Numbered from the stretch's first letter, positions 17,083-28,900 are shown. The stretch: DNA of 64,000 nucleotides from an uncultured Candidatus Saccharibacteria bacterium (GCA_964605735.1 CAZSDS010000001.1:639157-703156), one strand, 5' to 3'. Translations and numbers: made by a program. The notes: generated by a model not told the origin, from the sequence alone.

Positions 17083-18024
17083 TCAGTCCCTCCTTTCCTG
17101 TCTCAACCCAATCACCCGCTTAATTTCATTGACTTCGTGGGTGATATCCACGAGCTGTCCTTCCACGTACTTGAACCAGCCAAATCCCACATGATCCGCA
17201 CGCTCTTTCTTTATGCGGTACATGGTGGAATCTGCAACTTGCCGCCACTTGGCGATCAGGTCCGCAACCACTCTTTTCTTTTCCAGGTGATCGAGGCCTT
17301 TGAGAATCCCCCTCAAGGAACTCCCTTGCAATGCCACCGCCCCAAAATCAATGTTCGGCCTCAACTCAGGTTCATTGAAAATTTCCGAATACTCGCTCCA
17401 GTCTTTCCTTAAGTTGAAAGCGTCCTTGATATGGCTTGCGGTGTCGTAGGCTTCAAGCGGTCCGCGAGGAGGCGGTACAATCAGAATTTCCACCTCATCC
17501 CCGGCCCGGTTGCTCCGGACAGCCAGATCGCTTTGCTCGAAAGGTTCTGCGCTGACCCGCAAACTGCCCATGATGGTGTCAGCCACAGCCTTAACCAACA
17601 TATCGCCGTAGGTGTGCCCAAAGTTGTCGTTGTACATCTTCAGGTTTCGGATGTCCCCCAGTATCAAACAGGGAGCCCCGTGGCGCCTGTCGCTGACGTT
17701 GCGTCTGTCCGTGCAATAACTCTCAACGTACATCGGGAAAATCGTGTCGAAGTAGTCTCCCAAAAGCAACCCGGTTCTTGGGTCAAACTTGGGTCCCTCG
17801 ATCTTGCTTTCCGCAATTTCAGTCAGGACATGGACCTGTTTTTTCAGTTCCATGATCTCCTGACCCCGACCTTCAAGCGCCGCACTTACTGCAACTGCGA
17901 CCCGTTCGCGCAGTTCAGAATTGTACTTCTCAAGCAGGCGCTCCGACTCGACGCTGTCGATTACCCCTTTTCTGCAAAGGGTCTTAAGCTGCTCCTCAAA
18001 GGAGGAGGCTTTTGTGTCAGGCAT
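17083..18024 (-). CDS. GGDEF-domain protein with an N-terminal coiled coil; the signature motif reads AGDEV, so it is possibly degenerate or inactive
   Basis: The GGDEF-domain pattern LILGDIRNLKMYNDNFGHTYGDMLV...RSNRAGDEVEILIV sits where RxGGDEF is expected. An AAAGGAGGA Shine-Dalgarno precedes the start. Confidence 0.65.
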   Translation of the reverse strand: MPDTKASSFEEQLKTLCRKGVIDSVESERLLEKYNSELRERVAVAVSAALEGRGQEIMELKKQVHVLTEIAESKIEGPKFDPRTGLLLGDYFDTIFPMYVESYCTDRRNVSDRRHGAPCLILGDIRNLKMYNDNFGHTYGDMLVKAVADTIMGSLRVSAEPFEQSDLAVRSNRAGDEVEILIVPPPRGPLEAYDTASHIKDAFNLRKDWSEYSEIFNEPELRPNIDFGAVALQGSSLRGILKGLDHLEKKRVVADLIAKWRQVADSTMYRIKKERADHVGFGWFKYVEGQLVDITHEVNEIKRVIGLRQERRD

Positions 18025-18104
18025 AACCGTCCTCCTTTGAACATCTCTGGTTTGTTAAAGAAATCAACCCATAAAAACCAAGCACCTAGCTTAACTTTTA
18101 TCGA

Positions 18105-18384
18105 TTGACATTTTCTGCCACTTAAGCTATTGTTAACACTAATAAAAGTGATACAGGCTGTCACCTGTTTTCGCCCAAAGGGCGGCACTGCAGGAAGAAC
18201 GTTGTCCGGTTAATTCCGGATACCAACCAGTAGAACCTGCCGGATGCAACCGTTATATGCAAAATCAAGTGGTGGCTAGAATATATAACAAATGCTGCCG
18301 AAAATCAAGATGGTACCTCCCTGGCTAAAGTTGGGGATCTTGAACACCAAGTGTGGTGTTTTTTTGTTAATTTAACCAAGCAAT
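18105..18384 (+). promoter_or_regulatory. Candidate promoter plus T-box riboswitch leader (valine specifier) for valS
   Basis: A TTGACA, 17-nt spacer, TATTGT promoter at 18105-18133. Then AGUGA (18147-51), GUC-A specifier candidate (18160-63), F-box CCGUUA (18250-55), T-box-like AAUCAAGAUGGUACCUCC with a UGGU bulge (about 18303-18320), and the terminator acacca-agtg-tggtgt plus T-run (18344-18365) just before the start codon. Confidence 0.45.
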
Positions 18385-20541
18385 ATGACCATGGAACAAC
18401 TCCCAAAAGCATACGACCAGTCAAAAGAGCCTGATATCTACAAGCTCTGGGAACTCTCAGGCTATTTTAACCCTGACAACCTAACCGGCGAACCATACAC
18501 AATCATTATGCCTCCGCCAAACGCAACCGGAACCTTGCACATAGGGCACGCCTTTGAAGAGTCCATTCAGGACACCAATATCCGGTACCAGCGCATGCGC
18601 GGTAAAAAGGCTTTGTGGCTGCCAGGCACTGACCACGCTGCCATTGCCACCAACACCAAAGTGGAAAAAATCCTGATTAAGGAAGAAGGCAAAAACCGCC
18701 ATGACATCGGACGTGAAGCGTTTGTTAAAAAAGTGGAAGAATTTGTGGCGCAGAGCCGCGGCACGATCCAACAGCAAATCAGAAAACTGGGGGCTTCCGC
18801 AGATTGGAGCCGTGAAGCGTTTACCCTGGATGAAAAAAGGAGCCTGGCTGTCCGGACTGCTTTTAAAAACATGTATGACGACGGTTTGATTTACCGCGGC
18901 TACCGAGTGATTAACTGGGACCCTAAAGGCCAGACTGCAGTATCGGATGATGAAGTTACATATAAGGAAGAAAGGGGTCAGCTCTTCTACTTCAAATACT
19001 CCTCTGACTTCCCTATCACCATAGCTTCCACCCGCCCTGAAACAAAGTTTGGAGATACGGCCGTCGCCGTCAACCCAAATGACGATCGTTACAAGGAATA
19101 CATCGGCAAGGAATTTGACGTTAATTTTGCAGGAGTGGATTTGAAAATCAAAGTCATTGCCGACGAGTCAATTGACCCGGAATTTGGGAGCGGCGCCCTG
19201 GGTGTGACACCGGCGCACAGCATTATTGATTATGAACTCTCTCTTAAACATGGCCTGCCTCTCAAGCAAGTTATCAACGAGTACGGGAAAATGATGGATG
19301 CAGCCGGAAAACTGGTGGCTGGCAAAAAGACCAAGGAAGCCAGAGAAGTTTTGGTTGAATGGATGAGCCGAAACGGCCTGATCAGCAAAATTGATTTCAT
19401 TGACCAAAGCCTGCCTACTGCTGAACGAAGCGGCGGGCTGATCGAACCCTTGCCTAAACTGCAATGGTTTGTGAACGTCAATAAGCCGTTCAAAATGAAA
19501 CATTCTAAAATCCCGGGAGTTAAAGCCGGCGACGAAGTCACTTTGAAAAAACTTATGCGCACGGCAGTGGAAAGCGGCGAGGTAAAAATTCTTCCCGAAC
19601 GAGAAGAAAAGAAATATTTCCATTGGATTGACAACCTCCGCGACTGGAACATCAGCAGACAGCTTTGGTATGGGCACCGCATTCCTGTCTGGTACAAAGG
19701 CGACCATGTCTATTGCGGCACAACCCCGCCGGAAGGATCAGATTGGACCCAGGATGAAGACACGCTGGACACATGGTTCTCCTCCGCGCTCTGGACCTTC
19801 TCCCCTCTTGGCTGGCCTGAGCAGACTGAAGATTTGCAAACCTTTCACCCAACCCAGTTCATGTCGCCTGGCTATGAAATTCTGTTTCCCTGGGTTGCCC
19901 GCATGATCCTGATGAGCACCTATCATTTGGGCGAAGTTCCTTTTAAAACCGCATACATTCACGGGATCGTCCGAGATGCCAAAGGACAGAAATTCAGCAA
20001 GTCATTGAATAACGGCGTTGACCCGGTGGAAGTCATCAACAAATACGGCGCAGATGCTTTGCGCATGGCTTTGACTGTCGGCGTTGGCGCGGGGAATGAC
20101 TCCAAATACGACGAACAAAAAGTTAAGGGTTACCGTAATTTCGCCAATAAAATTTGGAATGCCGCAAGGTTTGTCCTGCAAAGCACTGGTGACCACAACA
20201 GAGGCGAAGAAATGACACTGCTGGAAGAAGACCAAAAAATTCTTGACGAAATCAAAACCATGGCTGAGCAGACCACAAAACTTATGGAGCAATATGACTT
20301 CTCCCATGCCGCAGAAAATCTTTACCATTTCTTCTGGCACAGGTTCGCGGACGAAATCATTGAAGCGTCAAAGCCTCGCCTGGACAACCCAGACACAAGA
20401 AAATCCACCCAGCGTATGCTGATCGAAGCGCTAGAGCTGCAATTGAAATTATTGCACCCGTTCACTCCGTTTGTCACAGAAGCAGTCTGGCAGCTCACAC
20501 ACACCAAACTGCTGATGATTGAACCGTGGCCGATTAAGTAA
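18385..20541 (+). CDS. valS: Valyl-tRNA synthetase, short form lacking the usual C-terminal coiled-coil extension
   Basis: PPPNATGTLHIGHA (HIGH motif); TRPETKFGDTAVAVNPND; KFSKSL (KMSKS motif); 718 aa against about 880 typical. Confidence 0.85.
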   Translation: MTMEQLPKAYDQSKEPDIYKLWELSGYFNPDNLTGEPYTIIMPPPNATGTLHIGHAFEESIQDTNIRYQRMRGKKALWLPGTDHAAIATNTKVEKILIKEEGKNRHDIGREAFVKKVEEFVAQSRGTIQQQIRKLGASADWSREAFTLDEKRSLAVRTAFKNMYDDGLIYRGYRVINWDPKGQTAVSDDEVTYKEERGQLFYFKYSSDFPITIASTRPETKFGDTAVAVNPNDDRYKEYIGKEFDVNFAGVDLKIKVIADESIDPEFGSGALGVTPAHSIIDYELSLKHGLPLKQVINEYGKMMDAAGKLVAGKKTKEAREVLVEWMSRNGLISKIDFIDQSLPTAERSGGLIEPLPKLQWFVNVNKPFKMKHSKIPGVKAGDEVTLKKLMRTAVESGEVKILPEREEKKYFHWIDNLRDWNISRQLWYGHRIPVWYKGDHVYCGTTPPEGSDWTQDEDTLDTWFSSALWTFSPLGWPEQTEDLQTFHPTQFMSPGYEILFPWVARMILMSTYHLGEVPFKTAYIHGIVRDAKGQKFSKSLNNGVDPVEVINKYGADALRMALTVGVGAGNDSKYDEQKVKGYRNFANKIWNAARFVLQSTGDHNRGEEMTLLEEDQKILDEIKTMAEQTTKLMEQYDFSHAAENLYHFFWHRFADEIIEASKPRLDNPDTRKSTQRMLIEALELQLKLLHPFTPFVTEAVWQLTHTKLLMIEPWPIK

Positions 20542-20549
20542 ATATAAAA

Positions 20550-20574
20550 AGAGTCCCTCAAAGGACTCTTTTTA
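20550..20574. terminator. Bidirectional terminator
   Basis: agagtcc-ctcaaa-ggactct flanked by an A-run and a T-run. Confidence 0.6.
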
Positions 20575-20582
20575 GAAATGCG

Positions 20583-21131
20583 TTATTTAAAACTTACAGG
20601 GATCTCATATTTTCCCGCATTCTCCGGCAGGCCGGAAGGGTTGTCTTTTTCTATGACCAGCACGCCCATTTCAGTTTCAGGCTCCGCAAAATTCAAAACG
20701 GTTGAGAAGTTTACAAAATCAGTAGTCATCCACTCACCTTGAGCCTGAGCACCCACCTGAGCAAGAACCTTGCCATTGCCGTCTTTTAAGGTAACCGGGA
20801 TGTTTGCTTCAAAGAACCAATTACCTCGGGCTTTGCCAGTTACTGTAAGCGGACTGGTGACGGTTGCGCCAAATGCCGGAGAGTCTATCACCACCTCGCT
20901 GTTGGAAACCACCTCATCAGTAAACGATCTTCCGTCAGGAGTGCGGCATTGTTCAGGAAAAGTTTCCAGCAATGCGCCGCCGGCCTCAATGCAGGATGCA
21001 AAATCAGTAACATTGGCAAAGGCATCGTCGTTCCCATTCTCTTCATTGTTTTCTTTTGGCAACAAGGCAAAAACCAAACCAGCTACGACAAGCAATAAAA
21101 CAATAATAATCACATTTTTCAATTGATTCAT
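20583..21131 (-). CDS. Secreted or membrane-anchored Gmad2-like immunoglobulin-like domain protein
   Basis: N-terminal signal or anchor; LTVTGKARGNWFFEANIPVTLKDGNGKVLAQVGAQAQGEWMT resembles the Gmad2 Ig-like domain, recalled from memory. Confidence 0.45.
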   Translation of the reverse strand: MNQLKNVIIIVLLLVVAGLVFALLPKENNEENGNDDAFANVTDFASCIEAGGALLETFPEQCRTPDGRSFTDEVVSNSEVVIDSPAFGATVTSPLTVTGKARGNWFFEANIPVTLKDGNGKVLAQVGAQAQGEWMTTDFVNFSTVLNFAEPETEMGVLVIEKDNPSGLPENAGKYEIPVSFK

Positions 21132-21245
21132 AACGCTCTCCGATTAAGGTCCATAATATAACAACGAGGACAGTATACCAGAAGTAACAAAGGTTGACAA
21201 AGCAAAGGCTTTTTGACATACTGTGGTGTCCCTGAAGGAGGATAT

Positions 21246-21758
21246 ATGACCGAAGAAAAGGAAAAGATCAGCCTCTGCCTGGTGCTCACCAAGGAGAATA
21301 CGATTGCCGAGCACATAGAAACTTCCGACACGCCAACAATGCGCGTCGGCAACACCCCCAAGGTTCTGGCTGAAATCGACGCGGACAAGCTGAAGCCTTA
21401 CCCCTACCGCTCGGTATCATTCTGGACACATCAACGAAACTTGTTGGCCGTGTACCATGAAGCGCTCCGGGGCTTGGGCGAGCTGACATCCGAAGTGGTT
21501 ACCCAACCCCAGCAGAAGGCCTGTTCCCTGGTTTACGAACTGGAACAAGGACTTCAGACCCCGCAGGAGTTTTCGGGGTATTTGACTGCCCTGGAGGAAT
21601 ATTACCTCTCCAGGGGCGCAACCAACAACGATTACTCGGAGCTCAAGAATTTCTACCGGCGCGTACTCCTTGCATTTCTTCTGATGGTAAACGCGGGTGT
21701 ATACGACCAGCAGAAAAAAGTGCTGGAGGAGCGCACTGCGATCCGCCTTGTCCCCTGA
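21246..21758 (+). CDS. Hypothetical cytoplasmic protein
   Basis: GAAGGAGGA Shine-Dalgarno followed by the ATG at 21246. The track start at 21213 is an upstream extension. Confidence 0.45.
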   Translation: MTEEKEKISLCLVLTKENTIAEHIETSDTPTMRVGNTPKVLAEIDADKLKPYPYRSVSFWTHQRNLLAVYHEALRGLGELTSEVVTQPQQKACSLVYELEQGLQTPQEFSGYLTALEEYYLSRGATNNDYSELKNFYRRVLLAFLLMVNAGVYDQQKKVLEERTAIRLVP

Positions 21759-21783
21759 TCCGCGCACTTTTCCCGAAACGAAA

Positions 21784-21819
21784 ACACCTCTGGATTTTTA
21801 TCCCAGAGGTGTCTTTTTT
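21784..21819. terminator. Bidirectional terminator between a plus-strand gene and rpoC
   Basis: 10-bp stem acacctctgg/ccagaggtgt followed by T6. Confidence 0.6.
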
Positions 21820-21838
21820 GGACTATTTCATTCGAAGT

Positions 21839-24800
21839 TTAAGCCGTGGCCTGCAGGTCATGCGCCTCAGCAGCTTCTTTTTCAGCCAAAGCATCTTGCC
21901 TGTAACCTGTACCGGCAGGAATCAGCTTACCGATAATGACGTTTTCCTTCAAGCCGCGCAAGTAGTCAGTCTTGCTGTTAATCGCCGCGTCAATCAAAAC
22001 GCGGGTGGTTTCCTGGAAGGAAGCCGCGGCCAGGAACGAATCAGTGCTCAAAGATGCCTTGGTCAGACCCATGAGCAGCTGCTCAGCCTGGGCTGGGCGT
22101 CCGCCATTGGCCTGGACTCTTTCATTTTCCATGTTCAAGCGTGACTTATCGATCATATCGCCCGTAAGAAGTTCAGTGTCTCCCGGATCAGTGATCCTGA
22201 CTTTGGAGAACATTTGGCGGACAATGATTTCAATGTGCTTTTCGTTCACGTTTTGACCTTGTGAGGAATAAATTTCCTGCACGTCTTTGATGATGTAATC
22301 CTGACAAGCTTCAATGCCACGCAAGGCAAAGACCTGGTTAAGGTTCAAGTTACCTTCAGTCAGCGACTGACCGACGGAAACCAGATCACCTTCCTTAACC
22401 AAAACGCCAAGTCCTGCTGGCACCGTGTATTCGCGGAAGTTTTCAGACTCGCGGATAACCACCAATTTATTGTCTTCAACTTTGACGATTCCGGCATTGG
22501 TTGCCTTCACGGTTTCTCCAGCCTGGTTTACGAACATAGGATCGCCGGAGTTAACGGTCTCACCATCTTTGATCTGGAGCTTCTGGACATCCAGAGGGTA
22601 TGTGTCTTTTGAAATATCCTGGGCTTCAATTCTGATAACTGATTCTTTTGAGCTCTGTTTGACGAAAGCCACAACACCGTTGATTTCTGAAAGGAATGCC
22701 TGACCTTTTGGTTCGCGGGCTTCCAGCAACTCTTCAACTCGAGGCAAACCTTGGGTAATGTCGAGTCCTGCCACACCACCGGTGTGGAAAGTTCTCATGG
22801 TCAGCTGGGTGCCCGGCTCACCAATGGCCTGAGCAGCCACAATACCTACAGCCGCACCCAAATCCACCATCTTGTTAAAGCCAAGGTCGTAACCGTAACA
22901 CTGTGCACAGACCCCTCGGGTCAGCTTACATCGCAGAATCGTCCTGACCTCAACTTCTGACACTGATGACTTTTCAATCTTTTCAGCCAAGCGGTCATCA
23001 ATCATATCCCCTGCTTTGGCCATAACGTTACCCTCAGCGTCTCTGACATCTCCAGCCAGAACTCGGCCAAAAATTCTCTTGGCGAGCGGCCGGCCCAAAG
23101 CTTCTGAAGATGCGCGGGTGATGACGCGGCCGGTTGAAACGCCACAATCTTCGGCGTTGATCACCAGATCCTGCGCCACGTCCACCAGACGGCGGGTCAA
23201 GTAACCTGCGTCAGCGGTTCTCAGCGCGGTGTCAGTCATACCTTTTCGGGCGCCGTGGGTTGAAATGAAGTATTCCAAAATGCTCAAACCTTCTTTGAAG
23301 GCGTCACGAACAGGAAGTTCGATAACTTCACCTGCTGGGTTTGTCACCAAACCCTTCATGCCGGCCATCTGCGCCACCTGGGAAACAGATCCTCGAGCAC
23401 CGGAGTTGACCATCTGGTAAACTGTGCCGTATTCATCCAATGTGGTTGTGATTGCTTCAGTAACCTTGTCTCGGACTTCGGCCCAGATTTCAATAACACG
23501 GTTCTGCCTTTCATGTGCGGTCAGCAAGCCCTGCTGGTACATTTCAAAAGTCTTCTGGACTTCCTCATCTGCCCTTTCAAGCAATTCTTTCTTGATTTCG
23601 GGAACCTTCAAATCATCCATACCCCATGAAATTCCGGATTTGGTCACGTACTTAAAGCCAGTGTCTTTGATGTCATCAAGCAGAATGGCGGTGCGGTCAA
23701 TCCCAAAGTCGCGGTAACAAATCTGAATAACCTGCTGCATTCTCTTTTTGTCCATGGTTTCGTTCACAAACCTCATGGACTCAGGCAACATCTGGTTCCA
23801 GATCACGCGTCCAATACAAGTTTCAACAAGGCCATGGTTGCCCCAACCTTCGCCCATGCGGATTTTCACGCGAGCCTTCAAGCTGACCACGCCGGAAGCG
23901 TGGGCCAGCAAAGCTTCTTCTGGGGAACCATAAACTTTTCCTTCACCTTTTTCACCTGGGTGGATGCGAGTCAGCCAATAACAACCAAGCACCATGTCCT
24001 GGTTAGGACCCATGATAGGTTCGCCGGATGCCGGTTTGAGCAAGTTTCGGGAAGATAACATGATGTTTTTTGCCTCTTCCTGAGCTGCTGCGGTCAAAGA
24101 TACGTGAACAGCCATTTGGTCGCCGTCAAAGTCAGCGTTAAAAGCAGGACAAACCAAAGGATGAACCTTAATGGCCTTACCTTCAATCAATGTCGGCAAG
24201 AACGCCTGGAAGCCGAGCCTGTGCAGGGTTGGAGCGCGGTTGAGCAAAACATAGTGATCTTTGGTCACCTCTTCCAAGATGTCATAGACTTCTGTTCTAC
24301 CCTGTTCAATCAGGCGGTTTGCGGAACGGACGTTGTGCGCGTATTCGCGGGTGATAAGTTTAGAAATTACGAACGGCTTGAAAAGTTCCAAAGCCATTTT
24401 CTTTGGCAAACCACACTGGTGGAGTTTCAGGTTTGGACCACCGACAATTACAGAGCGGCCTGAGTAGTCCACGCGCTTACCGAGCAAGTTCTGGCGGAAG
24501 CGGCCCTGCTTACCTTTCAACATGTCAGCCAATGAGCGGAGCTTGCGCTTTTGACCGGTGGAGGCTGTAACCTCTTTGCCGTGGCGGATTGAGTTGTCGA
24601 TCAAAGCGTCCACTGCTTCCTGCAGCATGCGCTTTTCGTTTCGGGTAATGACTTCCGGTGCGCCGATTTCCAGCAATTTCTTCAAACGGTTGTTTCGGTT
24701 GATGACGCGGCGGTACAAATCGTTTAAGTCAGATGCTGCGAATCGTCCACCATCCAGCTGAACCATAGGGCGCAAGTCTGGCGGGATAACAGGCAAGTTG

Positions 24801-25732
24801 GTGATGATCATCCATTCTGGCCTGATGCCTGAGCGGAGCATTGACTTTACCAGTTTCAAACGGCGGAGAATTTTCCGCTGTGACAAGCCTTCAGCTGACT
24901 TGGATTCCTCTTCCAAAGCGGCGTAAAGTTTTTCCAAATCCAATTCTGAGACCAGGTTCTGGATGGCCTGAGCGCCAATGCCGGCCTGGAACACTGGACC
25001 ATACTTCAAAGACAAGTCTCTGTAGTCGAGTTCTGAGATGACTTGGTATTTCTTGATTGACTTCAATTCTGAGCGGGCGAGATCTCTGATGGATTCAAGG
25101 TGTTCCATTTCCTTTGCGGCCATATCGCGCATGCGGTTTGCCTCAGTGTCAAACTCCGCGGCTGCAACATCCTTATCTTTGCCTGCGCTCTGCTTTGCGT
25201 GGTCAGACTTGGCTTGGTTGATCAAGGCTTCATATCGGGATTCGATTTCCTTTTTCTTGCTCTTGTATTCGCGTTCAATCTGTTCCATGGTTGCCGCGCG
25301 GGCGTCTTCGTCAACGGAGGTGATGATGTAAGCGGCAAAGTAAACAACTTTTTCCAGTTCCTGTACGGACAAATCCAAAACCAGCCCCAAGCGAGATGGT
25401 ACGCCTCGGAGGAACCAGATGTGGGTTACTGGAGCGGACAGCTTAATGTGGCCCATGCGTTCGCGGCGAACGGATGATTTGGTGACTTCCACGCCACACT
25501 TGTCACAAATAATGCCTTTGTAGCGGATTCTCTTGTATTTTCCGCAATAACATTCCCAGTCCCTGATTGGACCGAAAATCTTTTCATCGAACAAACCATC
25601 TTTTTCCGGACGCTGGGTTCGGTAGTTGATGGTTTCGGGCTTGGTCACCTCGCCGTAGGACCAATTCAGGATGTCCTCGGGAGATGCGAGCTTGAGGCGA
25701 ACCGCCTTAAACTCTTCTGTTTGTTGTACCAT
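21839..25732 (-). CDS. rpoC: DNA-directed RNA polymerase beta' subunit
   Basis: 1297 aa; contains the NADFDGD catalytic motif ([13 protein letters not shown]) and Zn-binding cysteines near the N-terminus. Confidence 0.95.
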   Translation of the reverse strand: MVQQTEEFKAVRLKLASPEDILNWSYGEVTKPETINYRTQRPEKDGLFDEKIFGPIRDWECYCGKYKRIRYKGIICDKCGVEVTKSSVRRERMGHIKLSAPVTHIWFLRGVPSRLGLVLDLSVQELEKVVYFAAYIITSVDEDARAATMEQIEREYKSKKKEIESRYEALINQAKSDHAKQSAGKDKDVAAAEFDTEANRMRDMAAKEMEHLESIRDLARSELKSIKKYQVISELDYRDLSLKYGPVFQAGIGAQAIQNLVSELDLEKLYAALEEESKSAEGLSQRKILRRLKLVKSMLRSGIRPEWMIITNLPVIPPDLRPMVQLDGGRFAASDLNDLYRRVINRNNRLKKLLEIGAPEVITRNEKRMLQEAVDALIDNSIRHGKEVTASTGQKRKLRSLADMLKGKQGRFRQNLLGKRVDYSGRSVIVGGPNLKLHQCGLPKKMALELFKPFVISKLITREYAHNVRSANRLIEQGRTEVYDILEEVTKDHYVLLNRAPTLHRLGFQAFLPTLIEGKAIKVHPLVCPAFNADFDGDQMAVHVSLTAAAQEEAKNIMLSSRNLLKPASGEPIMGPNQDMVLGCYWLTRIHPGEKGEGKVYGSPEEALLAHASGVVSLKARVKIRMGEGWGNHGLVETCIGRVIWNQMLPESMRFVNETMDKKRMQQVIQICYRDFGIDRTAILLDDIKDTGFKYVTKSGISWGMDDLKVPEIKKELLERADEEVQKTFEMYQQGLLTAHERQNRVIEIWAEVRDKVTEAITTTLDEYGTVYQMVNSGARGSVSQVAQMAGMKGLVTNPAGEVIELPVRDAFKEGLSILEYFISTHGARKGMTDTALRTADAGYLTRRLVDVAQDLVINAEDCGVSTGRVITRASSEALGRPLAKRIFGRVLAGDVRDAEGNVMAKAGDMIDDRLAEKIEKSSVSEVEVRTILRCKLTRGVCAQCYGYDLGFNKMVDLGAAVGIVAAQAIGEPGTQLTMRTFHTGGVAGLDITQGLPRVEELLEAREPKGQAFLSEINGVVAFVKQSSKESVIRIEAQDISKDTYPLDVQKLQIKDGETVNSGDPMFVNQAGETVKATNAGIVKVEDNKLVVIRESENFREYTVPAGLGVLVKEGDLVSVGQSLTEGNLNLNQVFALRGIEACQDYIIKDVQEIYSSQGQNVNEKHIEIIVRQMFSKVRITDPGDTELLTGDMIDKSRLNMENERVQANGGRPAQAEQLLMGLTKASLSTDSFLAAASFQETTRVLIDAAINSKTDYLRGLKENVIIGKLIPAGTGYRQDALAEKEAAEAHDLQATA

Positions 25733-25790
25733 TGGGTATAAATCCCTAAAAATTAATTACAAAAATTATTATTATCTTTTAGCGCTGCCG

Positions 25791-25830
25791 GGCGCCCTCT
25801 ATCAGGACCGCATAAATCCCACAACTTATA
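25791..25830 (-). repeat. Copy A of a conserved ~40-nt element (agcgct...ccctct..caggaccgcataaat.cc) upstream of rpoC
   Basis: Aligns over 40 nt with 29545-29584, at about 29 of 40 identical including a 15-mer exact match; same orientation relative to the downstream RNAP gene. Confidence 0.4.
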
Positions 25831-25922
25831 CAATTCCTTTAATGTGGGATTTTGCTTAGTCTCGGCCGCTGATGCGGCCTCCGATGTCCTGCTATCGGGC
25901 AACCCGTCCGCTCAACCAAAAA

Positions 25923-28900
25923 TTATTTCTTTGCCTTTTTCTTTTTGGATTTATCCCCGTCTGCTGTTACTGGCTCTGGAATGTCAGCCATCATGTCCAG
26001 CTTCTCGTCTGTGGTTGCCAATTCCTGGACCTGGCCTTCAGTGTCATCCTCTTCAACTTTCTTTTCGCCGATCAATTCAACGTTCAAACACAGGGATTGC
26101 AATTCTTTAACCAACACGCGGAACGATTCCGGAACGTTTGGCTTCTTAATTGGCTCACCCTTAACAATGGATTCGTAAGTCTTGGCGCGCCCTACGACGT
26201 CGTCAGACTTAATGGTCAACATTTCCTGCAAAGTATGGGCGGCGCCGTAGCCTTCCAGTGCCCACACTTCCATTTCTCCGAATCTTTGTCCGCCGAACTG
26301 GGCTTTACCGCCGAGCGGCTGTTGAGTAATCAAGGAGTAAGGGCCTGTTGACCGGGCATGCATCTTGTCATCTACCAAGTGGTGGAGCTTAAGCATGTAG
26401 ATGATACCTACGGTAACTTTCTCAGCAAAGCGGTCCCCTGTTTTTCCGTCAAACATATACACCTTACCGTCTACAGGATATCCAGCCTTGGTCAATTCTT
26501 CTTTTATAGTCTCTTCTGGCACACCATCAAGAGGCGGTGTGGCAAGCTTATAACCAAGCTTCTTTGCAGCCAAACCTAAGTGGGTTTCCAAAATCTGACC
26601 GATGTTCATACGGGAAGCCACACCGAGAGGATTCAGAATGATATCTACTGGTGTTCCGTCTTCCATGAACGGCATATCTTCTACTGGAATAATCTGAGAA
26701 ATAACACCCTTGTTTCCGTGGCGTCCTGCCATCTTATCGCCGACTTGGATTTTTCTTAAGACAGCAACAGAAACCTGGATGGATTTGATTACGCCAGATG
26801 GGAGCTTGTCGCCTTGTTCTCGGGAGAATTCGCGGATATGGACAACCTTACCGTATTCACCGTGAGGTAATGTCAAAGAAGTATCTTTAACGTCTCGGGA
26901 TTTTTCACCGAAAATCACGCGGAGCAATTTTTCTTCAGCAGTTAAATCAGTTTCACCTTTTGGTGTGATCTTACCTACCAAAATATCCCCTGCTTTCACC
27001 TGGGCACCAATGCGCACAACTCCATTTTCGTCCAAATCCTTCAGTTTTTCCTCACCGACGTTTGGAATATCCCTGGTAATAATTTCAGGGCCAAGCTTGG
27101 TGTCGCGGACATCAATCTTAAAGTCTTCAATGTGAATAGATGAGTAGCGGTCTTCTTCCACAACCCTGGAGGAAATCAAAATAGCGTCTTCATAGTTGCC
27201 GCCACCCCATGACATGAATGCAACCAGCATGTTTTGGCCCAAAGCCAACTCAGCTTTTTCAACGGAAGCACCGTCGGCGATTGGCTGACCAGCTTTAACT
27301 TCCTGCCCCTTAACCACAATTGGATGCTGGTTAATGGATGTTGAAGTGTTTGATCTGACAAACTTCTGGAGTTCGTATTCGTGTTTCTTGCCAGCCTTAT
27401 CTGTAACAACAATCTTATCCCCTGTGACAGAAGTGACTGTGCCGTCGTATTCGGAAATTGCCACCTGACCGGAGTCATAAGCAGCCTTGCCCTCAACGCC
27501 GGTTCCGACAATCGGAGAATCGGTTTTGATGCAGGACACAGCCTGACGTTGCATGTTTGATCCCATCAAAGCGCGGTTAGCGTCATCGTGCTCAACAAAT
27601 GGAATCAATGAGGTAGTAATGGAGATGATTTGCTTTGGGGAAACTTCCAAATAGTCCAAATCGCCGGTTGAACCAATGGATGGCTCGCCACGGACGCGGA
27701 CTGAAACACGCTCAGCAGTAAAGTAACCTTTTTCGTCAAAAGGAGCATTGGCCTGACCAATGTTAAACTGTTCTTCTTCATAAGCATCAAGGTAAACAAT
27801 TTCGTTGGTGACGAAAGGCTTGATTTCGATTTGAGTCAGCGCGCTGTTTGCGGACAACTTCTTTGCCGCGTCTGCAGAGATCTGGTCCCCAGCCTTCACG
27901 ACAACCGAACCTGACTCATCATTCAAATCATGTTTTGCAAAATAACCTGCGGCGGATTTTCCGTCGTTAGGCATTTGTTTGATGATCTTGCGGTATGGGG
28001 TTTCTATAAAGCCGTATTCGTTGATGCGGGCAAAGCTTGCCAAGTGAGCCACCAAACCGATGTTTGGCCCTTCAGGGGTGGTGATTGGACAAAGCCTCCC
28101 GTAATGGGAATGGTGAACGTCTCGGACTTCAAAACCGGCGCGTTCACGGGACAAACCGCCAGGACCAGTGGCGGACAAACGGCGCTTGTGCTCCAATTCG
28201 GCCAGAGGGTTAGTCTGGTCCATGAACTGAGAAAGCTGTGAGGATGAGAAAAATTCCTGAATCACGGCAACAATTGGTCGGACGTGGATCAACTGGGCAG
28301 GTGTGACTGTTTCAATGTCAGCCAAGCTCATTCTGTCTTTGGCGATTCTGCTCATACGGGCAAGACCAATGCGGAATTTACCCTGAATCAACTCGCCTAC
28401 CGCGCGAACGCGGCGGTTGGACAAGTGGTCAATGTCATCCCAAGGTTCCTGAGTGTTGTTCAGCCTGATAACTTCCTTGATGATGTCCACCATATCTTGC
28501 TTGGTCAGCACATGGTCTTCCCTGTCTTCGACGTTCAGTCTTTGGTTGAGCTTGTAGCGTCCAACTTCGGACAAATCGTATCTGTCGGCTTGGAAGAACA
28601 TGGCCTCAATCAAAGATCGGGCATTGTCCACTGTGGCCAGATCGCCTGGGCGGATTCTTTTGTAAACTTCCTTGAAGCCTTCATCAGCATTCTTGGAAGG
28701 GTCTTTGTCTAATGTGTTCTGGATAAATCGCATGTCTGGGTTTGTATCAACATCTGCGAAGGAAGCCAAAATTTCTTCGTCAGAGGCAAATCCAAAAACG
28801 CGCAGTAAAGCTGTAACAGGAATCCTGCGCTTACGATCAATCTTTACGGAGAGCACTCCGTTTAAATCAGTTTCAATTTCAAGCCATGCCCCGCGGTTAG

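Noticed and set aside
17431-18108. 225-aa ORF antisense to the GGDEF gene. Similar long antisense ORFs occur at 19168-19707, 25872-26351, 33564-34214, 38556-39074, 41370-41945, 58105-58734 and 60263-60976.
   Set aside because: These are shadow frames of well-supported genes on the opposite strand. They have no Shine-Dalgarno or promoter and no recognisable motifs.
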